Both the position numbers and the translations under genes were made by a program. A model generated the notes under the pieces. It did not search any database, was not told the DNA's origin, and worked only from the letters and a program-made list of their open reading frames with translations. From Octopus bimaculoides (Eukaryota), in the NCBI RefSeq assembly GCF_001194135.2, contig NC_068981.1, positions 119,425,033 to 119,471,625 on the forward strand: a stretch of 46,593 nucleotides of DNA. Direction: 5' to 3'. Each line of letters begins with the position of its first letter. The first letter of the stretch is position 1. Positions 34,861 through 46,593 of the stretch are shown here, piece after piece.

Positions 34861-36810
34861 GGCATTGGGTCAAATGACTTGAATATTATAGTTCACTACC
34901 TCATCTTATATCTTCTTGGGTCTACCTCTTCCACAGATTCCTACACAGTTAGAGATCAGCACTTCTTTACACAGCTGTTCTCATCCATATGCATCACATG
35001 ACCATACCAGTGCAGACGTCTCTCTTGCACACCACATCTGATGCCTGTTATACCCAACTTTTCTCTCTAAAATGCTAACACTCAGTTGTACATGTACACT
35101 GACATTGCACAACCAGTGGAGCATACTTGATTTCTTTCTTTCAAGCCTTCGCATAACATCTGCAGTCATAGCCCATGTTTCACTGCCATGTAGCATGGCT
35201 GTTTGCACACAGGTATACAATCTGTCTTTCATTCTAAGGGAGAAGCCCTTTGTTGCCAACAAAGGTAGAAGCTCTCTGAACTTTGCCCAACCTATTCTTA
35301 TTCTAGAAGCTATGCTCTCGGAACATTCCCTCCACTGCTGATTTGGTCACCTAGATAACAAAAGCTATCAACTGCTTATAGGTAACTCCACTGGCATTTG
35401 ATGGAGACTCTTTTCTGTATATTTGCAGTGTTTACTCTACCAGTGCATCTGCCACACACAAAGACTATTTTCCTTGTTAACTTTCCACTGATATTGCTGC
35501 ATCTCATATGTGTTCATAGTTTGCACCGAGTACACCTTATGGAATTTCTACCTATGCCTTTTCTGGATTCGTGATTTGTTAGCGTTCCTAATAACTAAGA
35601 ACTTTGGTTTTTGCTAAATTAACTCTGAGGCCCTTTGATTTCAGACCTTGCTTCCCCTCCTGAAATGTTTTTTCTCCAGTTCTGGTGGTGATTCAGCTAT
35701 ATAAGAACAAGGTCATCAGCATAAAAGAGCTCCTAGGGACAGCCCAACTAAATTCCTGTTATTGCTTGAAGGACTATGATGAACAAGCGGGGACTGAGGA
35801 CTGATCCTTGAACTCCTACTTGTAGGCTGAATTTATCACTACTCGTTGCCAACCCTCACTTTACTGACAGTGTCCCTGTACATAGCTTGTACAGCTCTCA
35901 TCAATCACTTATCTAACCTTAGTTTCCGCATTGACCACCAGATATGGGAGTGGTGATCCTGTCGAAGGCTTTCTCCATGTCAACAAAGGCCAAGTACAGA
36001 AGTTTATTTTTGGTAAGGTACTTCTCCTGCAGCAGCCTTACTAGGAATATAGCCTCAGTGGTGCTTATCCCTGGCACAAAACCAAACTGCATTTCATCTA
36101 GCCTAACTCTCTTTCTAATTAGTCGGGACCTCTCTATAACTTTCATCACCTGATCCAACAGTTTGATATCTCCAATTATTTCTCTCTAAGGTGTCACTTC
36201 TGCTTTTGTAGCAGTTGATTATGGTGGTGCTGTGACACCAGTCATTGGGTACAGCTCCCTCATGTACAACCTTATTGACTATATGGAAGAGATCATAACC
36301 CAGACCGCCAGATATTTTAAGCATCTCAGCAGTGATTCCTGGTAGTCCAAGGGTTTCTTGTCTTCATGTCCTTCATGGCTTTATCTACCAAGCTACTGTC
36401 TATTTGGATAACTGGTCCCTCTGTTGGATCCACCTTGGGCAGACTCTCCTCCCATGAATTCTCTACATTTAGCAGCCTTTCATAGTGGCACTTCCAAGCT
36501 TCTTTCTTAGCAGAGTCCTTAACTGCAAGTGAACCATCATCCATGCAAATGCACTTCTGTCCAACAACACTTTGCTGGTCCTCATGCTGCAGAACATTGG
36601 CAAACTTTTTCCTTTCTGCTTCCCTCACTGGCTAGGTATACCTGCCTCCTAGCTTCCCTTCTAACTACCTGATGTAGTTCCTTGCTATGGTCACTCTTCC
36701 AGTCCTGCTTCTTTGCTCTAATGGCTCTGTCAGCTATACTATTCCACCACCATGTCACTCTAGGTCTGGTTGAAACTTTGCACCAGCCACAAATGTAGTT
36801 TGAGGCTCTC
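34860..36810 (-). mobile_element. RTE-clade LINE, about 2-kb decayed ORF (linker, RT, C-terminus)
   Basis: AWKCHYERLLNVENSW; DEMQFGFVPGISTTEAIFLVRLLQEKY...LAFVDMEKAFDR; ELFYADDLV; LHGSETWAMTA; many frameshifts. Confidence 0.92.
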
Positions 36811-36817
36811 AGTAAGT

Positions 36818-36851
36818 TATATATATATATATGTGCGTGTGTGTGTGTATG

Positions 36852-36891
<40 letters not shown>

Positions 36892-36936
36892 CGTGTGTAT
36901 ATATATATATATATATACATACACACACACACACAT
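36818..36936. repeat. Compound (TA)n/(TG)n/(CA)n microsatellite
   Basis: Directly visible. Confidence 0.95.
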
Positions 36937-37084
36937 TTTCATACCGAGATACTCGGAGCATCTGGAATAACATGGAATTATAAATAATTTAGAAAAATAT
37001 TTACAATTCCATGCTACCATCATTTTACATCTATTTTTTCATGCCGGTACGAGTTTAGTAACTTCATATTAATCTCAGCCTATA

Positions 37085-37446
37085 TTGGTTTCCAATTTTT
37101 GGCAGAAGGCCAACAATTTCGGTAGACGGGGTAAGTCGTTTACCTCGACCTCAATGTTCAACTAGTACTTATTGTATCGACCCCGGCAGAATTTAAACTT
37201 AGAACGTAAAGACTAACGATTCTTATTTCTTTATTGCCCACAAGGGGCTAAACATAGAGGGGACAAACAAGGACAGACGAACGGATTACATCGATCCAGT
37301 GCGTAACTGGTACTTAATTTATCGACCCCGGAAGGATGAAAGGCAAAGTCGACCTCGGCGGAATTTGAACTCAGAACGTAACGGCAGACGAATGACCGCT
37401 AAGCATTTCGCCCGGCGTGCAAACGATTCTGCCAGCTCGCCGCCTT
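37085..37446 (-). mobile_element. Two tandem family C SINEs; the right copy is near-consensus with CpGs intact
   Basis: atcgaccccggaaggatgaaaggcaaagtcgacctcggcggaatttgaactcagaacgta...cgattctgccagctcgccgcctt. Confidence 0.85.
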
Positions 37447-38519
37447 AATGTCAGTTTATATTAAAAGAAAAACAAAAATTGGCATATAAATTTCAAATAT
37501 TTGTGATCCAGACCAGTTTACTTCAACGTTAAAAGTTTCGGTAGTTCTGTTAAAGAAAATTGTCTTTGCAAAATAATCTATGAAAGATCAAAAATTCATT
37601 AAGACATTTTTCATTGATATATTTCAAGGTAATTAAGTAGCTTTAGGCTATTACTTAGAGCTATAAACTTCATATATAGTAATAAAACCGAATTATATTT
37701 TGCAAATCTGGGTACATAACTGGTTTTTCCACATGGTTATTCCCGAAAAAAAATTAACTATCTAATGTGTCATTTTTTTATGACGATGATTGGATATGAT
37801 TTAGGGAGAAATTTTACATCTATTTCTAGCATATCAAGCTACTGCGTAGAAACAGTTGGTTCAAAGATAATTAAATTATATTCATTGCAATATAACTCAA
37901 GAGAAGGGAACAACAAATATAACTTTGCCTCATTGATTTCATGATCAGTATTTAAATATTGAAATAATGCACGTATTATGTGAAAAGATTTCTTTAAATA
38001 CCTGATAATGTTGACCGAGCCCAACACGTGTTGGTAGAACAACGATACTACATCCGGTGAAAAATGAAATAACTTTACATAGATTTATTGTCATCAATAA
38101 CTTTATTTTTAATATCAATATCAGAAAGATTTAACATTTTGAAACGTTCTCTTGATTATTTTCAGCTATAATTGTTATATTAAAGTGATATTCGCTCTTT
38201 GGAAGCCATATAAAATCGGTTGACAATTTTAATCCGGCTAATGAAATTATTCTTTTTTTCAGAAGCCATTAATTTCCGTTAAGCCGCTTTTGTTATGGTT
38301 ACGCTTCTGGGAAATGATGTTTAGAGTTTTACTTCCCGAACATAATAATCTTGGTTCGATCCTAGTACGCAGTACTTGTGTTGAGCAGACTGTATCTGTA
38401 ATTCGAAGATCTGGGTGTATGATACACACTAACACTCAGGTTATGTGAATAGTGCAAATATCTGTGGAATGCTCAAACACTTAATATAATGATTAGGTAG
38501 TTCCATTGTTAATCTTTTC

Positions 38520-38650
38520 TACTATAGGCACAAGGCCTTAAATTTGTTGGAAGGGGATTAGTCGATTATACTGACTCCAGTGCGCAATTAGTACTTTTTT
38601 AATCGACCCCGAAAGGATGAAACGTAAAGTTGACCTCGGCGGAATTTGGG
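38520..38650 (-). mobile_element. Family C SINE fragment
   Basis: aatcgaccccgaaaggatgaaacgtaaagttgacctcggcggaattt. Confidence 0.75.
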
Positions 38651-39425
38651 TTAATATAAAGATCTTCACCCGTTAACAAAAAAACAAACAAAACAAAACA
38701 GCTTGCTGGGTATTAACAACTTTGTAGAAAACGAATATGACAAAAGAAATTTGCACAAACGAACCTGGGGAGGGGGGGACTTTCGGAAAATTCACAAGAT
38801 CCGATTTTTCCCTCATAACTTTTGGGAAAATGGATATATATTGATTGTTTTCTTTTTTTATGGAATCCCACGTTTTTGGCTATGGAGGATCCGATTCTGA
38901 AAAAAAAAAAAAATTTTTTTTTAAATCGCATTTTCAAAATTTCAATTTTCCGGCCTGGGCCTTCAAGCAAGCTATCCACATGCTAGAAATAACAACCATG
39001 TGATAATATAATGAAAGGAATGCAAAGATTCCTTTCAGAGTAAATTTCCCGCAGTAATATGACAAAGTAAATCACATGAAATTGAAGTTTTTTTTTTTCT
39101 TTTACTTTTTCCGAATTTTTTTTTTCAATCAATCTAAGTGGAAAAATACGGAGATTAAGAATATGGAAAAAAATAAACACAAAAAAATAAAAACAAATTT
39201 TAATTTCAANNNNNNNNNNNNNNNNNNNNNNNNNNNNNNNNNNNNNNNNNNNNNNNNNNNNNNNNNNNNNNNNNNNNNNNNNNNNNNNNNNNNNNNNNNN
39301 NNNNNNNNNNNNNNNNNNNNNNNNNNNNNNNNNNNNNNNNNNNNNNNNNNNNNNNNNNNNNNNNNNNNNNNNNNNNNNNNNNNNNNNNNNNNNNNNNNNN
39401 NNNNNNNNNNNNNNNNNNNNNNNNN

Positions 39426-39463
<38 letters not shown>

Positions 39464-39664
39464 CAGGGATAAAATCCAAAATTACAGGTAACAACTTAAT
39501 TAAAATCAATTTATTAAAAATTAAAATTAAATTAAGTTTCACAGTATAAAATATATATCAATATATAGTATTAGGGAAAAACCCAAGGTTTATGAACTCA
39601 TCGATGAAAATCCACTGTCACACACACACACATATATGAAAAACATAAGGTTCTCAGAGATCTG

Positions 39665-39911
39665 GATGGTTGTACATTTACAGATTTTTTATTAATATGT
39701 CACATGATTTTATAAATCATATATTAGCGCTTTCATCTATTCTATTAGATTCTTTACATTAAAATTTTTTTGAAGGGATTCATCTCTTTTTATAGTATTA
39801 TTAAGTGTGTAGGGGTGGAGAGAGAGAGGGGAAAAAAGTAATGTGGGGTGTACAGGATAGTAAAAGAGGGTAAGGAATGGGGAGAAAGTGAGACAGAGTG
39901 TGTGTTTTTGT

Positions 39912-39959
<48 letters not shown>

Positions 39960-40385
39960 GCGCACCCGTGTATCTGAAAGAAGTGTCAATGGAAAAGAGA
40001 AGGAAAGAAACAGAAAGAGAAGGAAGAAAAAAATGTGTTTATATCTATACAGCTGGTCAGTTCTTTCAATAGAAGATGACAAGTTAATTCTTGGTCTTTA
40101 AAAATGGCAAGATGGTCTTTAAAAATGGTAACTGGACAGTGATGATGATGATGATAATAAGTCCAGACAATTTTTTGAAAAATAACTTTTATTATTCCTC
40201 ATCAAAACAGACCCCCACTTAGAGTAGGCACCTGTTTTTGCCATTTTTAAAGACCAAGAATCAACTTGTTGTCTTCTATTGAAAGAACTGACCAGCTGTA
40301 TAGATGCAAACACATTTTTTCTTCTTTCTCGCTTCCTTCTTTCTTTCCTTCTCTTTTTCCATTGAGACTCCTTTCAGATACACAG

Positions 40386-40422
<37 letters not shown>

Positions 40423-40656
40423 CTCTCTCTCTCACTTTCTCCCCATTTCTCACCCTCTTTTACTATCCTATGCACCCCACATTACTTTTTTCCCTCTCTC
40501 TCTCCACCCCTACCCACTCAATAATATTATAAAACGAAACAAATCCCTTCAAAAAAATTTAAATCTGAAGAATCTATTAGAGAAGATGAAAGCGCAAATA
40601 TGTGATTTATAAAAACATGTGACATATTAATAAAAAACTGTAAATCTACAACCATC
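39665..40656. repeat. Long inverted repeat (foldback), arms of about 420-445 bp, spacer about 130 bp
   Basis: 39665-40110 is the diverged reverse complement of 40238-40656, including the internal (GT)n/(CA)n; the right arm runs into a gap. Confidence 0.9.
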
Positions 40657-42462
40657 NNNNNNNNNNNNNNNNNNNNNNNNNNNNNNNNNNNNNNNNNNNN
40701 NNNNNNNNNNNNNNNNNNNNNNNNNNNNNNNNNNNNNNNNNNNNNNNNNNNNNNNNNNNNNNNNNNNNNNNNNNNNNNNNNNNNNNNNNNNNNNNNNNNN
40801 NNNNNNNNNNNNNNNNNNNNNNNNNNNNNNNNNNNNNNNNNNNNNNNNNNNNNNNNNNNNNNNNNNNNNNNNNNNNNNNNNNNNNNNNNNNNNNNNNNNN
40901 NNNNNNNNNNNNNNNNNNNNNNNNNNNNNNNNNNNNNNNNNNNNNNNNNNNNNNNNNNNNNNNNNNNNNNNNNNNNNNNNNNNNNNNNNNNNNNNNNNNN
41001 NNNNNNNNNNNNNNNNNNNNNNNNNNNNNNNNNNNNNNNNNNNNNNNNNNNNNNNNNNNNNNNNNNNNNNNNNNNNNNNNNNNNNNNNNNNNNNNNNNNN
41101 NNNNNNNNNNNNNNNNNNNNNNNNNNNNNNNNNNNNNNNNNNNNNNNNNNNNNNNNNNNNNNNNNNNNNNNNNNNNNNNNNNNNNNNNNNNNNNNNNNNN
41201 NNNNNNNNNNNNNNNNNNNNNNNNNNNNNNNNNNNNNNNNNNNNNNNNNNNNNNNNNNNNNNNNNNNNNNNNNNNNNNNNNNNNNNNNNNNNNNNNNNNN
41301 NNNNNNNNNNNNNNNNNNNNNNNNNNNNNNNNNNNNNNNNNNNNNNNNNNNNNNNNNNNNNNNNNNNNNNNNNNNNNNNNNNNNNNNNNNNNNNNNNNNN
41401 NNNNNNNNNNNNNNNNNNNNNNNNNNNNNNNNNNNNNNNNNNNNNNNNNNNNNNNNNNNNNNNNNNNNAAAGCTGAAAGGCAAAGTTGACCTCGGCGGAG
41501 TTTGAACACAGAAAGTCGGAAGAAACGTCATTGCTGATGTACTGAATGGAGGTAGATAAAAATCTTAAAGAAGTGAAATTTCTGACTCAGTAAGAAATAA
41601 TAAAAAATAAAAAGAAAACTAACGGCTATAGATTGCGCGTACACACACACACACACACACAATGGACTTTTCTTTAGCTCATTTTGTAACATATTATGTG
41701 AATTTTGCCTGCCAAAATTCTATATATAAAAACTATCGTCTACTTATCAAGAAGATTCGGGCTGACTATGTTCCCTTGTTGAAGCCCAATAAAAATGAAA
41801 ATCTGTTTATTGTTGTCATCGTTCTCGCTTACAAATGTCAGATTTGTGAATGAAAATGTTTTTATTAGTTTAAAATTTCTTGAAATAACTTCCTCATTGC
41901 TCTGTGGATCGCTAACGATTATCGCTATGTTATTGATTTTGTTTTTACTAAAAAGCAAATTTTCATTCATTTAGGCACTTTTGCGTATGTCGTTCAGTGC
42001 ACGAACGCCTGCATGATTTGTCTTAATGTATGCAATAGACTTATTTGTGTTAGTTTCTTATGCTCAATTTTATTTAAATTTCACTATTAATTTTAAACAA
42101 CAACGATCATGATTTTTTTTTATTTACTACCAAGGCAGTGGCTGAGGGAACATTTATAAAAACAGGCATAAAGTGTGGTGTTTTATATAAAAACTCGGAG
42201 GAAAGGAATTTAAACTCAGAACAAAGACAGACGAGATGTCGCAAAGCATTTTGCCGGGCGTGCTAACGATTCAGCTAACTCGTCGTTTTATACATACTCA
42301 AATATTGACATACTAAATATATACATACATGGATACGTATATACAGATCATAGCAATTTTTCTGTTCATGCATCAAATAAATGCTTTCAAACTAATCATG
42401 CTATTGTTTTATGTCTACCAAGATACACCTCAAAAAGACCTTTCAACGCAGAGAAAGAGGGA

Positions 42463-42472
42463 AAGAGAGAGA

Positions 42473-42516
<44 letters not shown>
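42463..42516. repeat. (GA)n microsatellite
   Basis: Directly visible. Confidence 0.95.
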
Positions 42517-42519
<3 letters not shown>

Positions 42520-45184
42520 AATAGCTTAAGACGCTGAAAACGTCACAAATTCTGCTTTATATTCACATTCTTCCTTTCCCCACTCCATATTACTTTCGTT
42601 CTCCCAACTTTCTGCGCTTTCTCTTGCATATTTACTTTAACTCCCACTCTTACTCAACTTCTTACAATTCTCTATCTAACTTTCACTTTCTCCTCCCTTG
42701 CTCAAAACATCGCTGGTTTAATAGCATATAGATTTGATAATTTCAATTACGCTTGAGAGAGGGAGAGAGAGAGAGAACATATAGAACCTGGAGAAACCTC
42801 TTAAGGTTTGAACGCGGCCGATTTCTTTCGGAGAAAAAACACATAAAAATACAACAATGAACATCTTTTATACCATTATATTCCATTCAAATCGATCCTG
42901 TACTTGATTGGAACTTTTATCCGGGAGGATGAAAGGCAAAGTTGGTCTCAGTAAGAACTGAACTCAAAGCATTAAGACTTCATTCTGCAATTTATCCAAT
43001 CACTCTAACGATTCTGCCAATACAGCTCAAAAATATAACAGCATGTGGTCAGTAAACACCGTATTTCGTAATGCATCACAACTTTTTAAAAATTCTTTTC
43101 AATGGAATTTTTTTATGATTATAAAATTTCGATAGTTCCCAAAGTTTCGTTGCGGTATAGATCGCTTCTGCTCTTTCTATTATTGTTTAATTTTTGTATT
43201 AAAATATTTACTGCTATAAATTTTATGTCTTGTTTTATGAATTATTTGATTTAGTATAAGTCCATAAAAAAAAAATTTCATGTAAAAATTATAATGAGAT
43301 AAATCAAACTTTTCACTACGCAGTAAATATTGTAATCTAATGACGTAATAATACTGAGTCATGATGTCAACTTTGTTTGGGTTTAAAATTCAAGTTAAAA
43401 TCATGTGATCAGGATGTAGGTTATTGAGATTACAATAGATTATTACGTCATAAATTATGTCGTGAAATAATCCTGTCAAATAAGCACTACTTACGAAAAT
43501 AAGGCTTTGTCTTACTTCAAGAGTATGTGGCTCGCGTGATATGAACTAGGTAGTGGGCCCCATGGGAATTCCACAGAACGGAAAAGATTAAGAGAAGCCA
43601 TTTAAGAAAGAAAGGATGATTTGCATTTTAATTTTTATTTTCCTAAGTTATTTCACTTCCAGTCACAATAGTATATTATAATTTTAAAATTTCCCTCTGC
43701 TAAGCACTTGATATTTCTCTCTTTCTCTTTACCTCTCCAACAAAGTTTTTAACTATGTAGTTCTCCTCTTCATGTTTCTAATATTTCACTCTTTCTTTTC
43801 ACTCTCACTTCCACTTGCCACATGAGTGACAGCATAATACATCGGCTGGCTAACTGCTCCCTCACTTACTTACATTCCTTCTTCTTCTCTAACAAATTAG
43901 TTCAATAAAAAAAAAATCTTTTCACTTGCAATACACCACCACCATCACTATAGTTTTCAGAAACAAAGCTAATTTCAGTTCAGATGTTTGTTTATATCTA
44001 CTTTTCTTGCTGTTGATGTATCTTTACTCTGACAGTACAAACGCTATCTGCTTCTCTCTCTCTTTCTCTCTAGGGGATGTGCTTGCATCCCCTGTTCTCA
44101 AGCCAATACAACTGTAACGTTTTTGATAATAGATTTACTCGTTCAAAGCATATCTACTGTTCAACATCACCATTAGCAACAATTACATCATTTAAGCTTT
44201 TAATCTAAAACAATCTCTAAGACTAAGTATGTTTAATAGATTATACGCTGTGTAGTATTTATTTCATTGATGAATGTCAAAATCCTTACCACTTTCTGTC
44301 ATTTGTAGATTTTGTATGCCTAAACAAGAGAGTATATGATTCGAATATGCTAGGCCAGGCGACAGTGAAAGGAGACTCGAAACTGCAATAGTCCAAGTGA
44401 GACACCGTCACCACTATTGCCATAATCTTTGCTTATTTGATCCTGCATGAACCAAAGTTCCAATCCCGTTTCTTGTAACGGCAGAAATATTGTTTCCAGT
44501 TGTCTTTTCTCGTATTGAATCATTATTCTGTTAAATGTAAAAAGCAGAGGTCACCCGATGTGACGGCGTAATTGTGATTGGTAAGAATTTGGGATAAATG
44601 TTGCATGTGGCAAGTTGAGAAGGCTGATCGAAAAAAAAAAAAAGGTGCATGCTGCATTGTTATTACCAGGCACATTGAAAGAAATTGACGCAAGATGATT
44701 TTACTCAACTGTAACTGTTATGAAATTTATCACAACTGCTACGAATTAAAAGTAAATAAATATGTTAGAAAGTTTTGATAGAGAATCTGTGTCAAAGTTA
44801 ATGTGAAGCTCGCGTAAAGTTGCTATTGGTGATAAGTTAACTGTCTGCTAGTGACCGAAGGAAAATTATTTTTTTTCTATAAATACCTTGAATTTATGCC
44901 TGTGCCAAAGTTGAACTAGGTCAGTAACAATATAAGTGAATAGGTTTATGTAGATTGAATTTGGCAGGCTGAACTAGAAAATTCTGGGTACAAATTCCAA
45001 GAACAATGGAAACTAACACGAAGACCAAAGTTTCGATTCTTGTATCTCTCACAGATTTATCAGAAGTCAACCGCTTTGATATATAAAAAAAACACTGGTG
45101 GTTATCTTGTAATAAATTCTTTATATACAATTGGACGTCAATGTGGCATCTTTGCTGGCAATAGTCGTTTTTACAACATTAATG

Positions 45185-45380
45185 CCGCGAGCTAGCAGAA
45201 TCGTTAGCACCCCGGGCAAAATGCTGAGCGGCATTTCATCCGACTTTACGTTCTGAGTTCAAATTCCACTGAGGTCGACTTTGCCTTTCATCCTTTCGGG
45301 TTTGATAAAATAAGGATCGATATAATCGGCTTACTCCTCCCCCGAACTTACTGGCTTTGTGCCAAAATTCGAAATCAATA
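45185..45380 (+). mobile_element. Family C SINE, near-consensus
   Basis: gcgagctagcagaatcgttagcaccccgggcaaaatgctgagcggc...gaggtcgactttgcctttcatcctttcggg. Confidence 0.85.
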
Positions 45381-46255
45381 ATTATCTTTATGACAGGATT
45401 CCCAGCTCAAACCGTTTTTAAATTTTCGAGTGCTTTTTGTCAAACATTTCTTGTGCAATGTCACAAAAAGTTTGACTATTTTAAAACATTTTGGCAAATG
45501 TTGACAATAAACATCTACCAATCCTAAAAATAATTTTAATTCTTCCTTATTTTTTGTGCTGAACGTCAATTTGCAGAAACGTCTTCCGTCGAAAGGAATA
45601 TCTAAAAAAAAAAAAATCTTTTTACTGTTAATGATACGTTTGTCTTGAGTTAATAGTCATACCTGCATCTTTCAGTCGATTTTCAATTCCTCCTCAGTAC
45701 TTAAACGTGATCCTGATTAGTTTATTTTTTATATCACTCCCAAGGACTTTTCTATTCCACTTCGAAAAAGAGCCAGCTTTTAAGCTGACTAAAATAGCAT
45801 GCATTTTTAGAAAAGTTGCATTTTCTATTGAATAAATGCAAAATTCAATTTCAACGCAATTTAACCTGTAGAATGCATTTGCCCTAATAATTTTGAATTT
45901 CAATTCAGATAAGTTGACCAGAAACGGTCGAGATGAGACCAAAAGCTCGAAACCTTTTAGTTTTAGATCTCTATGTTTACAATTACACCCCTTAGGTGTG
46001 GGTGGAGTGGGCCAATTTCATTTTTACCCCATAGAGGTAAACATTATAGGTACCAGTATCGACTGCATTTTCTAGCCTGCGGAAATTAGTATTGTGATTA
46101 GTGAAAAGAAATAATTAAATGACCAAAATATCTTATATGAGTTGTAAATAATATTGTATGTTTCCATCTGTTAATCTCACCATTAATGTATATATATATT
46201 CCGAGTACTATATAATGACAACTGTTTTGTCTAAATTATAACACACACACACACT

Positions 46256-46593
46256 ATATATATCTATATATATATAAAAATGAGAATGTGTGTCTGTCTG
46301 TCTGTGTGTGTGTGTGAATCCCTAAAACTCGAGAACTACGCAACCAATTTCATTCAAATTTTACAGATGCCTTACTTAGGGTTCCAGTTGTGTTTTAGTC
46401 AAAAAACATTTTTAACTTCTTGCAGAGTTCGAGCCCACGGCAACATAATATCTCCTCCACTATTTAAGTATTACGTGTCAAAAGTGAAACAAAAACACTC
46501 ATGTCAAATACTTTCACTTTAAAAATGAAACTATTCCACTAACTGAAACAATCACATTTCGATACTGTAATGACAGATACTTTCAGAGAGAGA
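46256..46593 (+). mobile_element. Helitron-like non-autonomous element, 5' part
   Basis: ctatatatctatatatataaaaatgagaatgtgtgtctgtctgtc..aaactcgagaactacgcaaccaatttcattcaaattt resembles the 5' architecture of Lep1/HINE-type non-autonomous Helitrons (recalled). Confidence 0.5.

Noticed and set aside
550-41531. Long ORFs in the track made mostly of X
   Set aside because: They are artefacts of translating N gaps.
44074-44113. Plus-strand exon-like segment after a CT-rich tract (GCACIPCSQANTT frame)
   Set aside because: Isolated, with a weak donor (GTAACG) and no partner exons or recognisable homology.

Overview
AT-rich, microsatellite- and transposon-dense eukaryotic genomic DNA with several N gaps (700-1340, 16244-16868, 31980-32707, 39210-39425, 40657-41468 and smaller ones). 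The repeat landscape suggests a cephalopod (Octopus-like) draft assembly; this is inference. Most ORFs in the supplied track are spurious. Two intron-containing housekeeping genes were reconstructed by hand on the minus strand. One is a complete RNA polymerase I subunit RPA12 (POLR1H/ZNRD1; 4 coding exons, 115 aa, 29637->24281). The other is the first two coding exons of SEC22B (20371-20297, 11176-11061); its remaining exons were not found in the window. A CpG-retaining promoter with UPRE-like and ETS motifs lies upstream of SEC22B and may also drive an unidentified plus-strand spliced transcript. The rest is retroelement and DNA-transposon debris: RTE LINEs, an R4/Dong-like RLE LINE, a Penelope-like element (PLE), several tRNA-derived SINE families, piggyBac- and hAT-like MITEs, Helitron-like pieces and a long foldback. 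The most striking observation is a tRNA-headed SINE whose tail carries a PLE-type type I hammerhead ribozyme. It occurs twice as a head-to-head inverted dimer, each dimer bounded by its own target-site duplication. A PLE remnant with a different hammerhead is also present in the window.
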